A stretch of 64,000 nucleotides of DNA. It comes from Bacilli bacterium (lineage in GTDB: Bacteria > Bacillota_I > Bacilli_A > RF39 > UBA660). Where the stretch lies: contig JAFRCK010000014.1 in the NCBI GenBank assembly GCA_017404385.1, positions 18,588-82,587 on the forward strand. The letters run 5' to 3'. The notes below the pieces were generated by a model. That model made no database searches and was not told where the DNA came from. It saw only the letters and a list, made by a program, of their open reading frames with translations. The translations under genes and the position numbers were made by a program. Numbering within the stretch: the first letter of the stretch is position 1; every line of letters begins with the position of its first letter. Shown here piece after piece: positions 20,124 through 30,386 of the stretch.

Positions 20124-20486
20124 TTAGAATTCTAATCCATTTTCACGTGCAGCTTCAGCTAAAGCTTCAATTCTACCATGATATTGGTATCCACCTCTAT
20201 CAAATACAACTTTTGTTATTTTAGCTTTCTTTGCTCTTTTAGCAACTTCTGCACCTACTATTTTAGCTGCTTCTATGTTTCCACCATTAGCTATTTTTAA
20301 TTCTTTATCAGTTGATGAACAAGAAACAAGTGTTACACCTTTTTCATCATCAATGATTTGAACACTAATGTTTTTAGCAGATCTAAATACATTTAATCTT
20401 GGAATATCTTTTGTACCAGATACTTTTGCTCTTACTCTAGCATGTCTAGCTTGACGAGCTTCATTACGTGATACTTTTTTAATCAT
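20124..20486 (-). CDS. rplR: 50S ribosomal protein L18
   Basis: Canonical L18 sequence. Confidence 0.9.
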   Translation of the reverse strand: MIKKVSRNEARQARHARVRAKVSGTKDIPRLNVFRSAKNISVQIIDDEKGVTLVSCSSTDKELKIANGGNIEAAKIVGAEVAKRAKKAKITKVVFDRGGYQYHGRIEALAEAARENGLEF

Positions 20487-20507
20487 ATATAAGACTCTCC
20501 TTTTCTA

Positions 20508-21047
20508 CTATTTAGATGCTTTCTTTCCTTCTTTACGACGAATGAATTCATCTTTATAACGAATACCCTTTCCTTTATATGGTTCAGGTTTTCTTACTTT
20601 TCTAATCTTAGCGGCAAATTCACCAACTAATTGTTTATCTATTCCTTTAACTGTTATTTCAGTATTGCTAACTTGTTCAACAGTTAATCCTTCTGGAATA
20701 GTTAATTCTACGTGATGTGAATAACCAGCTATAATGTCTAATACTTTTCCTTTAACAGTAAAACGATATCCAACACCGATTATTTCTAATCCTTTTTCAT
20801 ATCCTTTACTAACACCAGTCATCATATTAGATATTAAAGCATTAGTTGTACCATACATAGATCTTGATTGTTTATCTACTTTATCACAAGTAACAGTTAA
20901 ACCATTTTCTTCGATTGCAACTTTTAAACCATCTTGAAGAGTTAAATTTAATTCTCCTTTAGGTCCTTTAACAGAAACAACATTTTCATTAACTGTAACA
21001 GTAACTCCAGTAGGTATTTCTAATTTTCTTTTACCTATACGACTCAT
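20508..21047 (-). CDS. rplF: 50S ribosomal protein L6
   Basis: MSRIGKRKLEIPTGVTVTV... is canonical L6. Confidence 0.92.
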   Translation of the reverse strand: MSRIGKRKLEIPTGVTVTVNENVVSVKGPKGELNLTLQDGLKVAIEENGLTVTCDKVDKQSRSMYGTTNALISNMMTGVSKGYEKGLEIIGVGYRFTVKGKVLDIIAGYSHHVELTIPEGLTVEQVSNTEITVKGIDKQLVGEFAAKIRKVRKPEPYKGKGIRYKDEFIRRKEGKKASK

Positions 21048-21066
21048 TTTTAGCTCTCCTTTTTTG

Positions 21067-21453
21067 TTACCAAATATATGCTAAAACTTCTCCACCAACA
21101 TTTTCTTTACGTGCTTGTTTATCTGTCATTATTCCTTTTGATGTTGATAAAATTGCAATTCCTAATCCGTTAAGAACTGTTGGAACTTCTTCAGCTTTGG
21201 CATATACACGTAATCCTGGTTTAGATATACATCTTAATCCAGATATTACTCTTTCTTTATTATCTCCATATTTTAATGATAATGTTAATGTCTTATCATC
21301 AACATTAAATTCACTAATATAACCTTCACTTTTTAATATACTTGCTATTTCTACTTTCATCTTTGAAGTAGGCATACTAACTTCTGTATATTTTAATTGG
21401 TTAGCATTTCTAATTCTAGTAAGCATATCTGCGATTGGACTTGATACTACCAT
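21067..21453 (-). CDS. rpsH: 30S ribosomal protein S8
   Basis: Canonical S8 (DMLTRIRNA...). Confidence 0.92.
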   Translation of the reverse strand: MVVSSPIADMLTRIRNANQLKYTEVSMPTSKMKVEIASILKSEGYISEFNVDDKTLTLSLKYGDNKERVISGLRCISKPGLRVYAKAEEVPTVLNGLGIAILSTSKGIMTDKQARKENVGGEVLAYIW

Positions 21454-21465
21454 AACATATCCTCC

Positions 21466-21651
21466 TTACCAACTTGATTTTTTTACACCTGGAATTTGTC
21501 CTTGATATGCAAGTTCTCTAAAACATATTCTACAAACTCCATATTTTTTAAGTACTGCGTGAGGTCTTCCACATCTTGAGCAACGTGTATATTCTCTTAC
21601 TTTGTACTTTTGTTTTCTTTGTTGTTTAACAACCATACTTTTCTTTGCCAT
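21466..21651 (-). CDS. rpsN: 30S ribosomal protein S14 type Z (zinc-binding)
   Basis: 61-aa [16 protein letters not shown]...[23 protein letters not shown] with a 4-Cys zinc ribbon. Confidence 0.92.
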   Translation of the reverse strand: MAKKSMVVKQQRKQKYKVREYTRCSRCGRPHAVLKKYGVCRICFRELAYQGQIPGVKKSSW

Positions 21652-21663
21652 TATTTCCTCCTA

Positions 21664-22203
21664 TTACTTTCTAAAAGGAATTCCGATTTCATTTAATAAA
21701 TCAAATGCTTCCTCATTTGTCTTTGCTGTTGTAACAAAAACAATATCCATTCCACGAGATTTAACAATGTTATCGTATTCTATTTCCGCAAAAATCATTT
21801 GTTCTTTAATTCCTAATGTATAATTTCCTCTTCCATCAAATGACTTAGGTGATACACCTCTAAAGTCTCTTACTCCTGGTAATGCCATTCTAATTAATTT
21901 ATCTAAGAATGTATACATTTTTTCACCACGAAGAGTAACTTTACATCCAATTGCTTGTCCTTCTCTTAATTTAAATCCAGCAATTGATTTTTTAGCTTTT
22001 GTAACAACTGGTTTTTGTCCAGTAATTAATTCTAATTCATTACAAGCAGCTTCTAAAAATTTATCATTAATTGTTGCATCTCCAACACCGATATTAATAA
22101 CTATCTTTTCTAATTTTGGAACTTGCATTACTGAAGTATAATTATACTTTTCCTTTAACTTAGGAATAATTTCATTTTTATATTTTTCACTTAGGCGGTT
22201 CAT
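21664..22203 (-). CDS. rplE: 50S ribosomal protein L5
   Basis: Canonical L5 sequence. Confidence 0.92.
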   Translation of the reverse strand: MNRLSEKYKNEIIPKLKEKYNYTSVMQVPKLEKIVINIGVGDATINDKFLEAACNELELITGQKPVVTKAKKSIAGFKLREGQAIGCKVTLRGEKMYTFLDKLIRMALPGVRDFRGVSPKSFDGRGNYTLGIKEQMIFAEIEYDNIVKSRGMDIVFVTTAKTNEEAFDLLNEIGIPFRK

Positions 22204-22220
22204 AATTTACCCTCCTTCCA

Positions 22221-22532
22221 CTATTTAAGTATTTCTTTAGATTTTACTGAAATTCTAACTTTGTTTCCTTTTTCATCAACTTTGTGAGCAATTCTAGTTC
22301 TCTTTTTAGTCTTTGGATCTATAATCATAACGTTTGATGCATGTATAGGTGCTTCTTGTTTAACAATTCCACCATTTTCATTTTGTGAATTTGGTTTAAT
22401 ATGTTTAGTAACCATATTACATCCTTCAACAATAACTTTATTTTCTTTCTTTAAAGTCTTAATTATTTTCCCTTCAGAACCTTTAGATTTACCAGAAATA
22501 ACTACAACTTTATCTCCTACTTTTAAGTTCAT
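22221..22532 (-). CDS. rplX: 50S ribosomal protein L24
   Basis: MNLKVGDKVVVISGKSKG... contains the KOW motif. Confidence 0.9.
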   Translation of the reverse strand: MNLKVGDKVVVISGKSKGSEGKIIKTLKKENKVIVEGCNMVTKHIKPNSQNENGGIVKQEAPIHASNVMIIDPKTKKRTRIAHKVDEKGNKVRISVKSKEILK

Positions 22533-22552
22533 AATTGTCCTCCTTAATTATC

Positions 22553-22918
22553 CTATAGCACTTCTTTAGCTAGTGAAACAATTTTCATATAATCATTATC
22601 ACGAAGTTCACGTGCTACTGGACCAAGTACACGTGTACCAACTGGACTCTTATCATCATTAATTATTACGCATGCATTGTCATCAAATCTTATATAAGAA
22701 CCATCATTTCTTCTAACAGGTTTCTTAGTTCTAACAACAACAGCCTTAACAACTTTTCCAGCTTTGATAGTACCGTTTGGGGTAGCTTTTTTAACTGTAG
22801 CAACAACTACATCACCTAAACTACCAAAAGTTTTATTTCCACCAAGAACTCTAATTACTAATACTTCTTTAGCACCAGAGTTATCAGCTACTTTTAAGCG
22901 ACTTTCTTGTTGAATCAT
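22553..22918 (-). CDS. rplN: 50S ribosomal protein L14
   Basis: [18 protein letters not shown]... is canonical L14. Confidence 0.92.
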   Translation of the reverse strand: MIQQESRLKVADNSGAKEVLVIRVLGGNKTFGSLGDVVVATVKKATPNGTIKAGKVVKAVVVRTKKPVRRNDGSYIRFDDNACVIINDDKSPVGTRVLGPVARELRDNDYMKIVSLAKEVL

Positions 22919-22943
22919 ATTAATCCTCCTTAATATTTTTAGA

Positions 22944-23201
22944 TTATAAGATTATTGCTTCTTCAACAATCTCAACTAAGTTATATCTAACTGTCTTAGA
23001 TACTGGTCTAGTTTCTACTATACGTACTTTATCTCCAACTTTTGCTTTATTTTCTTCATCATGTGCTCTATATTTCTTAGAAGATTTAACACGTTTTCCA
23101 TATAATGGGCTTTTCTTATAAGTTTCAATAGTAACTGTTATTGTTTTATCGTTCTTATCACTTGTAACAATTCCAATTAGTTCTTTTCTCTTCTTTTCCA
23201 T
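22944..23201 (-). CDS. rpsQ: 30S ribosomal protein S17
   Basis: Canonical S17 sequence. Confidence 0.9.
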   Translation of the reverse strand: MEKKRKELIGIVTSDKNDKTITVTIETYKKSPLYGKRVKSSKKYRAHDEENKAKVGDKVRIVETRPVSKTVRYNLVEIVEEAIIL

Positions 23202-23210
23202 GTAAGCCTC

Positions 23211-23408
23211 CTATTTATTTTCATTTTCGCGTTCAGTTAAAATTTGTTTAATTCTCGCGATTGTCTTTCTATCTTCTTTTATTTTTGAAGGTTTTTCTAA
23301 GTTTCCAGTTGCATTAGCAAATCTTAAATTATAAAGTTCTGCTTTTAATTCTTCAACTTTCTTAACTAACTCTTCAGTGGTTAACTCTCTTAATTCTTTA
23401 GCCTTCAT
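23211..23408 (-). CDS. rpmC: 50S ribosomal protein L29
   Basis: [30 protein letters not shown]... is canonical L29. Confidence 0.9.
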   Translation of the reverse strand: MKAKELRELTTEELVKKVEELKAELYNLRFANATGNLEKPSKIKEDRKTIARIKQILTERENENK

Positions 23409-23832
23409 TTACTTCACCACTTTCTTCTTTTTTAACGAATTTACATTTTACTGGTAGTTTATGTGAGGCAAGTCTTAAAGCTTCTCTTGCTACTTCTTCA
23501 GTAACATCGTCAACTTCAAACATTATTTTACCTTCCTTAACTACAGCAACCCATAACTCTGGTTCACCTTTACCTTTACCTTGTCTAGCTTCAGCAGCGT
23601 GTCTTGTTAATGATAAGTGTGGGAAAATGTTAGTATAGACTTTTCCTCCTCTTTTCATGTAACGAGTCATGGCTACTCTCGCAGCTTCTATTTGTTGTTG
23701 AGTTACCCAAGCACCAGTTTTAGCTTGTAAACCAAAAGATCCAAAATGTAATTCTGTATTTCCTTTAGCTTTTCCATCATAGTAAACTCTATGATTTTTT
23801 CTATGTTTAGTTCTTTTTGGAATTAACGCCAT
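23398..23832 (-). CDS. rplP: 50S ribosomal protein L16
   Basis: [16 protein letters not shown]... is canonical L16. Confidence 0.92.
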   Translation of the reverse strand: MALIPKRTKHRKNHRVYYDGKAKGNTELHFGSFGLQAKTGAWVTQQQIEAARVAMTRYMKRGGKVYTNIFPHLSLTRHAAEARQGKGKGEPELWVAVVKEGKIMFEVDDVTEEVAREALRLASHKLPVKCKFVKKEESGEVNEG

Positions 23833-24487
23833 GTTCTTTACCTCCTTTTATGTTCTTCTTTGGAAGTACTTCACCTTTGTATATCCAAACTTTAACACCA
23901 ATTTTACCAAAAGTTGTATCAGCTTCTGCAGTAGCATAGTCGATATCAGCTCTTAATGTATGTAAAGGTGTTGTTCCTTCATTATATCCTTCGCTTCTAG
24001 CTATATCAGCCCCGTTTAATCTACCAGAAACGATAGTTTTAATACCTTTAGCACCAGCTTTCATAGTATTACGAATAGCTCTCTTTTGTGCCATTTTATA
24101 AGAACCACGGTTCTCAATTTGTTTAGCAATTCCTTCCGCTACTAATTTAGCAACTAAATCAGGATTCTTTACTTCAAATATTGAAACAACGACATTTTCA
24201 TTTGTTAATTTATTTAATTCGTTCTTAATTTTTTCAATTTCTTCTCCGCCATGACCTATAACAACACCAGGCTTAGCAGTATATATAACAACTTCAGTCT
24301 TCTTATTATTTCTATTAACATCGATTGAAGATACAGATGCATCTTTTAATTTTTTTAATAAATATTTTCTGATTTCATTATCTGCTTTTAAGTTCTTAGC
24401 AAAATCTTTCTTTTCAGCAAACCATTTACTTGACCAATCTTTGTTAATACCAATTCTCATTCCGACTGGATTTACCTTTTGTCCCAT
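23807..24487 (-). CDS. rpsC: 30S ribosomal protein S3
   Basis: [24 protein letters not shown]... is canonical S3. Confidence 0.92.
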   Translation of the reverse strand: MGQKVNPVGMRIGINKDWSSKWFAEKKDFAKNLKADNEIRKYLLKKLKDASVSSIDVNRNNKKTEVVIYTAKPGVVIGHGGEEIEKIKNELNKLTNENVVVSIFEVKNPDLVAKLVAEGIAKQIENRGSYKMAQKRAIRNTMKAGAKGIKTIVSGRLNGADIARSEGYNEGTTPLHTLRADIDYATAEADTTFGKIGVKVWIYKGEVLPKKNIKGGKEHGVNSKKN

Positions 24488-24503
24488 AAATTAACCTCCT
24501 TTA

Positions 24504-24839
24504 CTAATTTTTCTCAGCTACCACTACTGTGATATGACTTGTTTTTTTGTCGTGTCTATCGATATGTGTTCTAGATCCAAATCTATGTCTTTTTAGTATT
24601 GGACCATCATTTATGTATGCTGATTTAACATATAAGTTGTTTCTGTCTAATTTTAAATTATTTTCAGCATTAGCTGTAGCAGAAACTAAAACTTTCTTTA
24701 TTAAACGAGCAGACTTTTTATTCATATTTTCTAATATTGCACTAGCTTCAGCAATACTCTTTCCTTGAATTAAGCGAGTAACTAATCTTGCTTTTCTAGG
24801 AACAAGTAATACTGTTCTAGCAGTTGCTCTTGCTTCCAT
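24504..24839 (-). CDS. rplV: 50S ribosomal protein L22
   Basis: Canonical L22 sequence. Confidence 0.9.
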   Translation of the reverse strand: MEARATARTVLLVPRKARLVTRLIQGKSIAEASAILENMNKKSARLIKKVLVSATANAENNLKLDRNNLYVKSAYINDGPILKRHRFGSRTHIDRHDKKTSHITVVVAEKN

Positions 24840-24871
24840 TACAAAATCTCCTTCCTAATTATAAAGTTCAA

Positions 24872-25144
24872 CTATTTAGTGTCACTATTTTTTCCGTGTC
24901 CACCGAATTTTCTAGTTGGAGCAAATTCTCCAAGTTTATGACCTACCATATCTTCAGTAACATATACAGGAATAAATTCTTTACCATTGTGAACTGCGAA
25001 TGTATGTCCAATAAATTCAGGAAAAATAGTTGAACGACGTGACCAAGTCTTAACGACTTCTTTTTTTCCACTATTATTCATTTCTTGAACCTTTTTCATT
25101 AATCTATCAAAAACGTAAGGTCCTTTTTTTAAACTTCTAGCCAT
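24872..25144 (-). CDS. rpsS: 30S ribosomal protein S19
   Basis: [19 protein letters not shown]... is canonical S19. Confidence 0.92.
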   Translation of the reverse strand: MARSLKKGPYVFDRLMKKVQEMNNSGKKEVVKTWSRRSTIFPEFIGHTFAVHNGKEFIPVYVTEDMVGHKLGEFAPTRKFGGHGKNSDTK

Positions 25145-25165
25145 TTAAATTCTTCCTTTCCTTAT

Positions 25166-25993
25166 TTATTTACGACGAGTAACAATTAGTTTTGTTGAAC
25201 TCTTCTTAGATTTACGAGTTTTATAACCAAGTGCAGGTTTACCCCAAGGTGTCATTGGTTTCTTATGTCCAACTGGAGTTCTACCTTCACCACCACCATG
25301 TGGGTGATCGTTAGGGTTCATAACAGATCCTCTTACAGTTGGTCTGATTCCCATATGTCTAGTTCTACCAGCTTTACCAAGTCTTACTAATGAATAATCT
25401 TCATTACCAACTTCACCGATAGTAGCCATACATTCACCAAGCACTTTTCTAGTTTCACCAGAACTTAATCTGATTAAAACATATTTATCTTCTCTACCAA
25501 GAATTTGAGCACTTTGTCCAGCAGATCTAGCAATTTGTCCACCTTTACCAAGTGTTAATTCTATATTATGGATTGTAGTTCCAACTGGAATATTTTTTAA
25601 TTTCATAGCATTACCAACTTTAACGTCAGTACTTTCTCCTGAAATTACCTTCATTCCTACTTTTAATCCTTTTGGTGCGATTATATATCTTTTTTCACCA
25701 TCAGAATAATTAATTAATGCAATATTTGCACTTCTATTTGGATCGTATTCAATTGAAGCAACAGTTCCTTCGATATCGAATTTATTTCTTCTAAAATCAA
25801 TAATACGATATTTTCTCTTTTCTCCTCCACCTTGATGTCTTACTGTAATTTTACCAGTATTATTACGACCACTATTTTTCTTTACTACCTTTAGTAAACT
25901 TTTTTCTGGAGCTGTTTTAGTTAGCTCTTCATTTACTAATGTACTTTTCTTTCTTTGTCCAGGTGTAATTGGACGAAAATGTTTAATAGCCAT
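25166..25993 (-). CDS. rplB: 50S ribosomal protein L2
   Basis: Canonical L2 ([14 protein letters not shown]..., GGGEGR motif). Confidence 0.92.
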   Translation of the reverse strand: MAIKHFRPITPGQRKKSTLVNEELTKTAPEKSLLKVVKKNSGRNNTGKITVRHQGGGEKRKYRIIDFRRNKFDIEGTVASIEYDPNRSANIALINYSDGEKRYIIAPKGLKVGMKVISGESTDVKVGNAMKLKNIPVGTTIHNIELTLGKGGQIARSAGQSAQILGREDKYVLIRLSSGETRKVLGECMATIGEVGNEDYSLVRLGKAGRTRHMGIRPTVRGSVMNPNDHPHGGGEGRTPVGHKKPMTPWGKPALGYKTRKSKKSSTKLIVTRRK

Positions 25994-26004
25994 TCTAAAA
26001 CCTC

Positions 26005-26286
26005 CTATAATTCTAATTGACTACCTTCAGCTAAAGTAATATATGCTTTCTTATATGCTGATGTAGTTCCAGTGTAACGACCTACTCTTTTCTTCTTAGG
26101 TTTTACATTTAATGTATTAACTTTTACTACTTTTACGTTATATATTTTTTCAATAGCTTGCTTAATTTGAGTTTTATTAGCATCTTTTTTAACTTTAAAT
26201 ACTATTCTATCTCCATTAGCAGCTACGTTAGAAGCTTTTTCAGTAATAACTGGAGCTAATATAACGTCTCTATAATTTCCTATCAT
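26005..26286 (-). CDS. rplW: 50S ribosomal protein L23
   Basis: Canonical L23 sequence. Confidence 0.9.
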   Translation of the reverse strand: MIGNYRDVILAPVITEKASNVAANGDRIVFKVKKDANKTQIKQAIEKIYNVKVVKVNTLNVKPKKKRVGRYTGTTSAYKKAYITLAEGSQLEL

Positions 26287-26912
26287 TATTTAAGTACCTC
26301 CTCAAGCATTTTAACGGCTTCTTCAGTAATAACTATTGTTTTATAGTTAAGTACGTCATAAGTGTTGATTTCATGAGATTCGATTACCTTAACATCAGAT
26401 AAATTACGAGATGCAAGAATTAAATTATCAGTTAATTCTTTAACTACTACTAAAACTTTACCTTCAATCTTTAAATCACTTAACATTTTAATAAATGTTT
26501 TAGTTTTGTTATCTTTAACATCAAATTTTTCTAAAACCATAATAGATTTATTACTTGCTTTATAAGATAATGCTGATCTTAAAGCTAATCTACTTTCTTT
26601 TCTATTTTGTTTCTTTTCATAATTTCTTTCAGTTGTTGGTCCGAATACAATTCCACCATGATACCATTGTGGTGATCTAATAGAACCTTGTCTAGCTCTA
26701 CCAGAACCCTTTTGTCTCCATGGTTTTGCTCCTCCACCACTAACTTCACTTCTGTCTTTAACAGCATGTGTTCCTTGTCTTAATGATGCTCCTTTTCTAA
26801 CAACAGCATCATAAATAGTTTGATTATTTGGTTCAATACCAAAAACTTCGTCATTTAGTTTTATATCTTTTACTTTTTCACCTTTTAAATTTAAAAGTGC
26901 TACTTTAGGCAT
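26286..26912 (-). CDS. rplD: 50S ribosomal protein L4
   Basis: Canonical L4 sequence. Confidence 0.92.
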   Translation of the reverse strand: MPKVALLNLKGEKVKDIKLNDEVFGIEPNNQTIYDAVVRKGASLRQGTHAVKDRSEVSGGGAKPWRQKGSGRARQGSIRSPQWYHGGIVFGPTTERNYEKKQNRKESRLALRSALSYKASNKSIMVLEKFDVKDNKTKTFIKMLSDLKIEGKVLVVVKELTDNLILASRNLSDVKVIESHEINTYDVLNYKTIVITEEAVKMLEEVLK

Positions 26913-26967
26913 ATTAAATTCCTCCTTTCATCACAAATCTTGTTAATTATTATTCACATCTCGAAGA

Positions 26968-27774
26968 TTATTCTTGTGATGATTCTTCTGTAGTTTCTTC
27001 AGCTTTAGTTTCTTCTTTAACTTCTTCAGTTGTTTCTACTTCAGCTTCAGTTTCTGGTTCAGTAACTTCTTCAGCTACTTCTGTAGTTTCTTCTACTACT
27101 GGTTCTTCAGTAATATAAGTAACTAGTTCATCTTGAGCATTTACTTTACCATCATGCTTAACTGCAGATTTAATAATAACTAATGACTTCTTTGGACCTG
27201 GAACATTACCCTTAACTAAGATAATATTATTATCTAAATCAATTTCTACTATTTCAAGATTTTGAACAGTAATTAATTTATGACCCATATGTCCTGGTAA
27301 TTTCTTACCTTTTAATACATGCATTGGTAACATAGTACCAAGTGATCCTACACCTCTATGGTATTGTGAACCATGTCCCATAGGACCTCTACTTTGATTA
27401 TGGCGTTTAATAACACCTTGAAAACCTTTACCTTTACTAATACCAGAAACATCTACCATTTCTCCAGCAGTAAAGATGTCGGCTTTTAATTCTTGACCTA
27501 ATGTATAAGCACTAACATCAACATTTCTGATTTCTTTAACGAAGCGCTTAGGTGTTACATTAGCTTTTTTTAGATGACCTTGTTCAGGTTTATTGCTAAG
27601 TTTTTCTCTCTTATCAAAAGCAGCAAGTTGGATAGCGTTATATCCATCAGTTTCTACAGTTTTAATTTGTGAAACAAAGTTTGGTTCAACAGCTATAACT
27701 GTAACTGGAGTTAACTTACCATTTTTAGCAAAAACTTGAGTCATCCCGATCTTACGACCTAAGATTCCTTTCAT
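26968..27774 (-). CDS. rplC: 50S ribosomal protein L3 with unusual ~55-aa acidic E/T/V-rich C-terminal extension
   Basis: [15 protein letters not shown]... canonical L3 core of ~210 aa, then a tail [43 protein letters not shown]. Confidence 0.9.
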   Translation of the reverse strand: MKGILGRKIGMTQVFAKNGKLTPVTVIAVEPNFVSQIKTVETDGYNAIQLAAFDKREKLSNKPEQGHLKKANVTPKRFVKEIRNVDVSAYTLGQELKADIFTAGEMVDVSGISKGKGFQGVIKRHNQSRGPMGHGSQYHRGVGSLGTMLPMHVLKGKKLPGHMGHKLITVQNLEIVEIDLDNNIILVKGNVPGPKKSLVIIKSAVKHDGKVNAQDELVTYITEEPVVEETTEVAEEVTEPETEAEVETTEEVKEETKAEETTEESSQE

Positions 27775-27786
27775 ATTTTCCTCCTA

Positions 27787-28092
27787 CTATTTAATATTTA
27801 TTTCAACACCACTAGGTAAATCCAAACGAGTTAATGCCTCAATTGTGTCTTTACTAGGGTTATTGATAACAATTAATCTTTTGTGTGTTCTCATTTCGAA
27901 TTGTTCACGAGAATCTTTATATTTGTGAACTGCTCTTAGAATAGTGATTTTTTCAATCTTTGTTGGTAGTGGAATTGGTCCACTTACTTCTCCACCTGTT
28001 CTTTTAACAGTTTCAACAATCTTAGAAGCAGCTTGATCTATTGTTCTATGATCATATGCTTTTAAGTTAATTTGGATCTTGTTTGTCATCAT
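27787..28092 (-). CDS. rpsJ: 30S ribosomal protein S10 (start possibly at second Met, 28089)
   Basis: [34 protein letters not shown]... is canonical S10. RBS gggagg upstream. Confidence 0.92.
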   Translation of the reverse strand: MMTNKIQINLKAYDHRTIDQAASKIVETVKRTGGEVSGPIPLPTKIEKITILRAVHKYKDSREQFEMRTHKRLIVINNPSKDTIEALTRLDLPSGVEINIK

Positions 28093-28232
28093 TAATCCTC
28101 CCTTCGCCTATATCATTGTATAGACTTGCTCCGCACAAAAACCTGATTTTACCAGTTTTGTATTGATTTTAATTCGCAACTTAACCTGGTGTATCAGCAA
28201 CCTTGCACATCTTTGCCAGTCACACATAATCA
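28093..28232 (-). promoter_or_regulatory. ~140-nt 5' leader of the S10 operon, locally GC-enriched and probably structured
   Basis: Segment between the predicted promoter and the rpsJ RBS is visibly more G+C-rich than its surroundings, with internal complementarity (gcaaggttgc...ccaggttaagttgcg). Confidence 0.35.
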
Positions 28233-28261
28233 ATTTTAACACCCTTTTCCTTTAAAATCAA
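28233..28261 (-). promoter_or_regulatory. Sigma-A type promoter of the S10-spc-alpha ribosomal operon
   Basis: Minus-strand TTGATT, 17 nt spacer, TAAAAT (plus-strand aatcaa at 28256..28261 and atttta at 28233..28238). Confidence 0.5.
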
Positions 28262-28517
28262 CAACTTTTTACCATTTTTTTATTTTTTTTAACATACATA
28301 AAAAAAACAAGTTAAAAAACTTGCTTTAATTATTTAATATTTCTTCTAAATGCTTGTTGATAATACTTTTTTTATTACTTCAAATTCAGTATCAATTGAG
28401 GTTTTTAATATTTCATAATCTTTACATTCATCAGGATATTTTACTATTCTTCAACCATTAAGTATTAGTGTAGGATACTTTTTTAAAAACTCTCCTATTA
28501 TTTCAATTTTTTGAATC

Positions 28518-28548
28518 AAAAAAAAATAGAAGGATTCCCTTCTATTTT
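28518..28548 (-). terminator. Rho-independent terminator of the WG-repeat paralog A gene, overlapping its stop codon
   Basis: Stem atagaagg/ccttctat with loop attc, followed by an 8-U run on the minus strand. Confidence 0.6.
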
Positions 28549-30299
28549 ATTGAATATAATAAATCACCTGAATAATTATAATAACTATTATATATGAACA
28601 AATAATTTTGGGCTATTTTTATATCATTACTCTTAACTTCTATAGGTAATTCTTCTTTAGTAGATAGATTTAATAACACTTTTTTATCATCTTTTATAAC
28701 CAAAATAAATGGATAATCATGTGTTATATATTCTATACTCTTATATTTAGGTTCAATTATTACTTGATTTTTATTATTGATTAAACCTATCTCATCTTTT
28801 TCATTCTTAATTACAAATAACTCTTGCTTTAAATTTTCCTGAATATTTTTGAATAAATCCTTATCAATAAACTCAACTTTATTATATTTCAAAGGTACTA
28901 TTTCTCTTCCATCTTTATCTATAATTCCATAATTATTATCTTTTGCAACTATCGCATACCCATATTCATTAAAGTCTTCTATATAATCATATAACTGATC
29001 ATTTATTAAATTACCTGTTGAATTAATATAATTATATTTTTTATCACTTATTTCTACAGCCAATTTTTCATTTTTAAATTCTTTTGTTACCGGAATATAC
29101 TCTGAAAATGAACCTTTTAAATCGTTGTAGGTATATATATTATATTTATCTTCATTAGTATCAAAACTATGTGTTTTTTCTAGTAATAATCCTGAACCAT
29201 ATGTATATTCATTATTCTCACTTGTATTTATGACAGTTTTATCCTCTATATTAATATAATCTATATTCATGTCATCTTTAACGCATATTGCTATATTAGA
29301 ATTTACATCATCTACTCTTACTCTTTTATATTTATCTGTTTTATACTTAATATCATCATCTTTAATTATAAAATAAGTACTATTATCTTCTTCTTTATCT
29401 GCTTTTATATAAAATACATTATTATTTAAAACATTTATATCATTTAAAGTATATCCATATAATTCTTTACCAGAATATACATTAACTATTGTTGATGATT
29501 TATTAACCTTTACTTTAGCGTATCTATTTTCTTTATTTGTTTCACTTGTTACTTCAGAAACTTCTACATCTATCTTTTTATCATCTACTTCATCTACTTT
29601 AAAAGTATAAATCTCTTTTCCATCTGTATTTAATATTCCCATTGTTTCATCTTTTTTAAATAAAAATAATTTATTATTATATGATATCTCATCATATTCA
29701 AATCTTGTTATTTCAGATAGTTTATTATCTAAAACTGCATATTTTAAACCACTATTAGTTATTTTAGAAGCTATATAGTAATCATCAAATAAAGATATTG
29801 AATAATAGACACCAAAAGGACTATGAAGTGCTCCTTTTCCATCTAATATTCCATATAGATTATTATCATTTTTTACTATAGCTAATCCTTTATGATATTC
29901 AGTTCCATAAGAATATTTTGCTTTAACAACAATTGTACCTTTATCATCTATATAACCTACTTTTTTATTTTCTTCTATCCTTATTAAATTAGATGTATTA
30001 GCTTTACTATTATTTATAAAAATATACATAAACAAAATAGAAACAAATGCAAAAGATATTATTGGAAATATTATAGATGCTTTTTTAAATGAGACTTTAC
30101 TATTTTTAGCTGGTATATCCTTTATTTTATCATCTAATATTACTATATTATTATCAGTAATAATTGGCTCATTTGATTTTGTTAAAGGTGGAATATCCTT
30201 AATTCTATCATCTAAAATAATAATATTATTAGAAGGGTCTTCAAATGGTAAACTAGAAAAAGAAGCATCATTAATTTCTTGATTGTTTAACTCATTCAT
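28542..30299 (-). CDS. Type II membrane protein with cytoplasmic tandem IILDDRIKDIP motif and extracellular WG-like (KWG/PF14903-like) repeats; paralog A
   Basis: About 75-aa N-terminal region with two copies of (I/V)ILDD(R/K)IKDIP, then TM ASIIFPIISFAFVSILFMYIFI, then repeats such as KVGYIDDKGTIVVKAKYSYGTEYHKGLAIVKNDNNLYGILDGKG. Strong paralogy with 40530..42284. Confidence 0.5.
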   Translation of the reverse strand: MNELNNQEINDASFSSLPFEDPSNNIIILDDRIKDIPPLTKSNEPIITDNNIVILDDKIKDIPAKNSKVSFKKASIIFPIISFAFVSILFMYIFINNSKANTSNLIRIEENKKVGYIDDKGTIVVKAKYSYGTEYHKGLAIVKNDNNLYGILDGKGALHSPFGVYYSISLFDDYYIASKITNSGLKYAVLDNKLSEITRFEYDEISYNNKLFLFKKDETMGILNTDGKEIYTFKVDEVDDKKIDVEVSEVTSETNKENRYAKVKVNKSSTIVNVYSGKELYGYTLNDINVLNNNVFYIKADKEEDNSTYFIIKDDDIKYKTDKYKRVRVDDVNSNIAICVKDDMNIDYINIEDKTVINTSENNEYTYGSGLLLEKTHSFDTNEDKYNIYTYNDLKGSFSEYIPVTKEFKNEKLAVEISDKKYNYINSTGNLINDQLYDYIEDFNEYGYAIVAKDNNYGIIDKDGREIVPLKYNKVEFIDKDLFKNIQENLKQELFVIKNEKDEIGLINNKNQVIIEPKYKSIEYITHDYPFILVIKDDKKVLLNLSTKEELPIEVKSNDIKIAQNYLFIYNSYYNYSGDLLYSIK

Positions 30300-30331
30300 T
30301 ATATCCCTCCTATTCTATATAATTTTACCAC

Positions 30332-30380
30332 AAAAAAAAGAGAAAGAAAAGAAGCATAATTATTTATGCTTCTATTTTTT
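30332..30380 (-). terminator. Rho-independent terminator after the 1563-aa adhesin gene
   Basis: 10-bp stem agaagcataa/ttatgcttct (30350..30373) followed by a U-rich tract on the minus strand. Confidence 0.55.
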
Positions 30381-30386
30381 CATAGA

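Noticed and set aside
26585-26767. 60-aa same-strand ORF inside rplD
   Set aside because: An alternative frame within a conserved ribosomal protein gene, so spurious.
28100-28260. GC-richer block upstream of rpsJ considered as a tRNA or other RNA gene
   Set aside because: No cloverleaf-compatible acceptor and anticodon stems, and no CCA-adjacent discriminator, could be drawn. Its position and orientation fit an mRNA leader instead, so it is retained only as a candidate regulatory leader.
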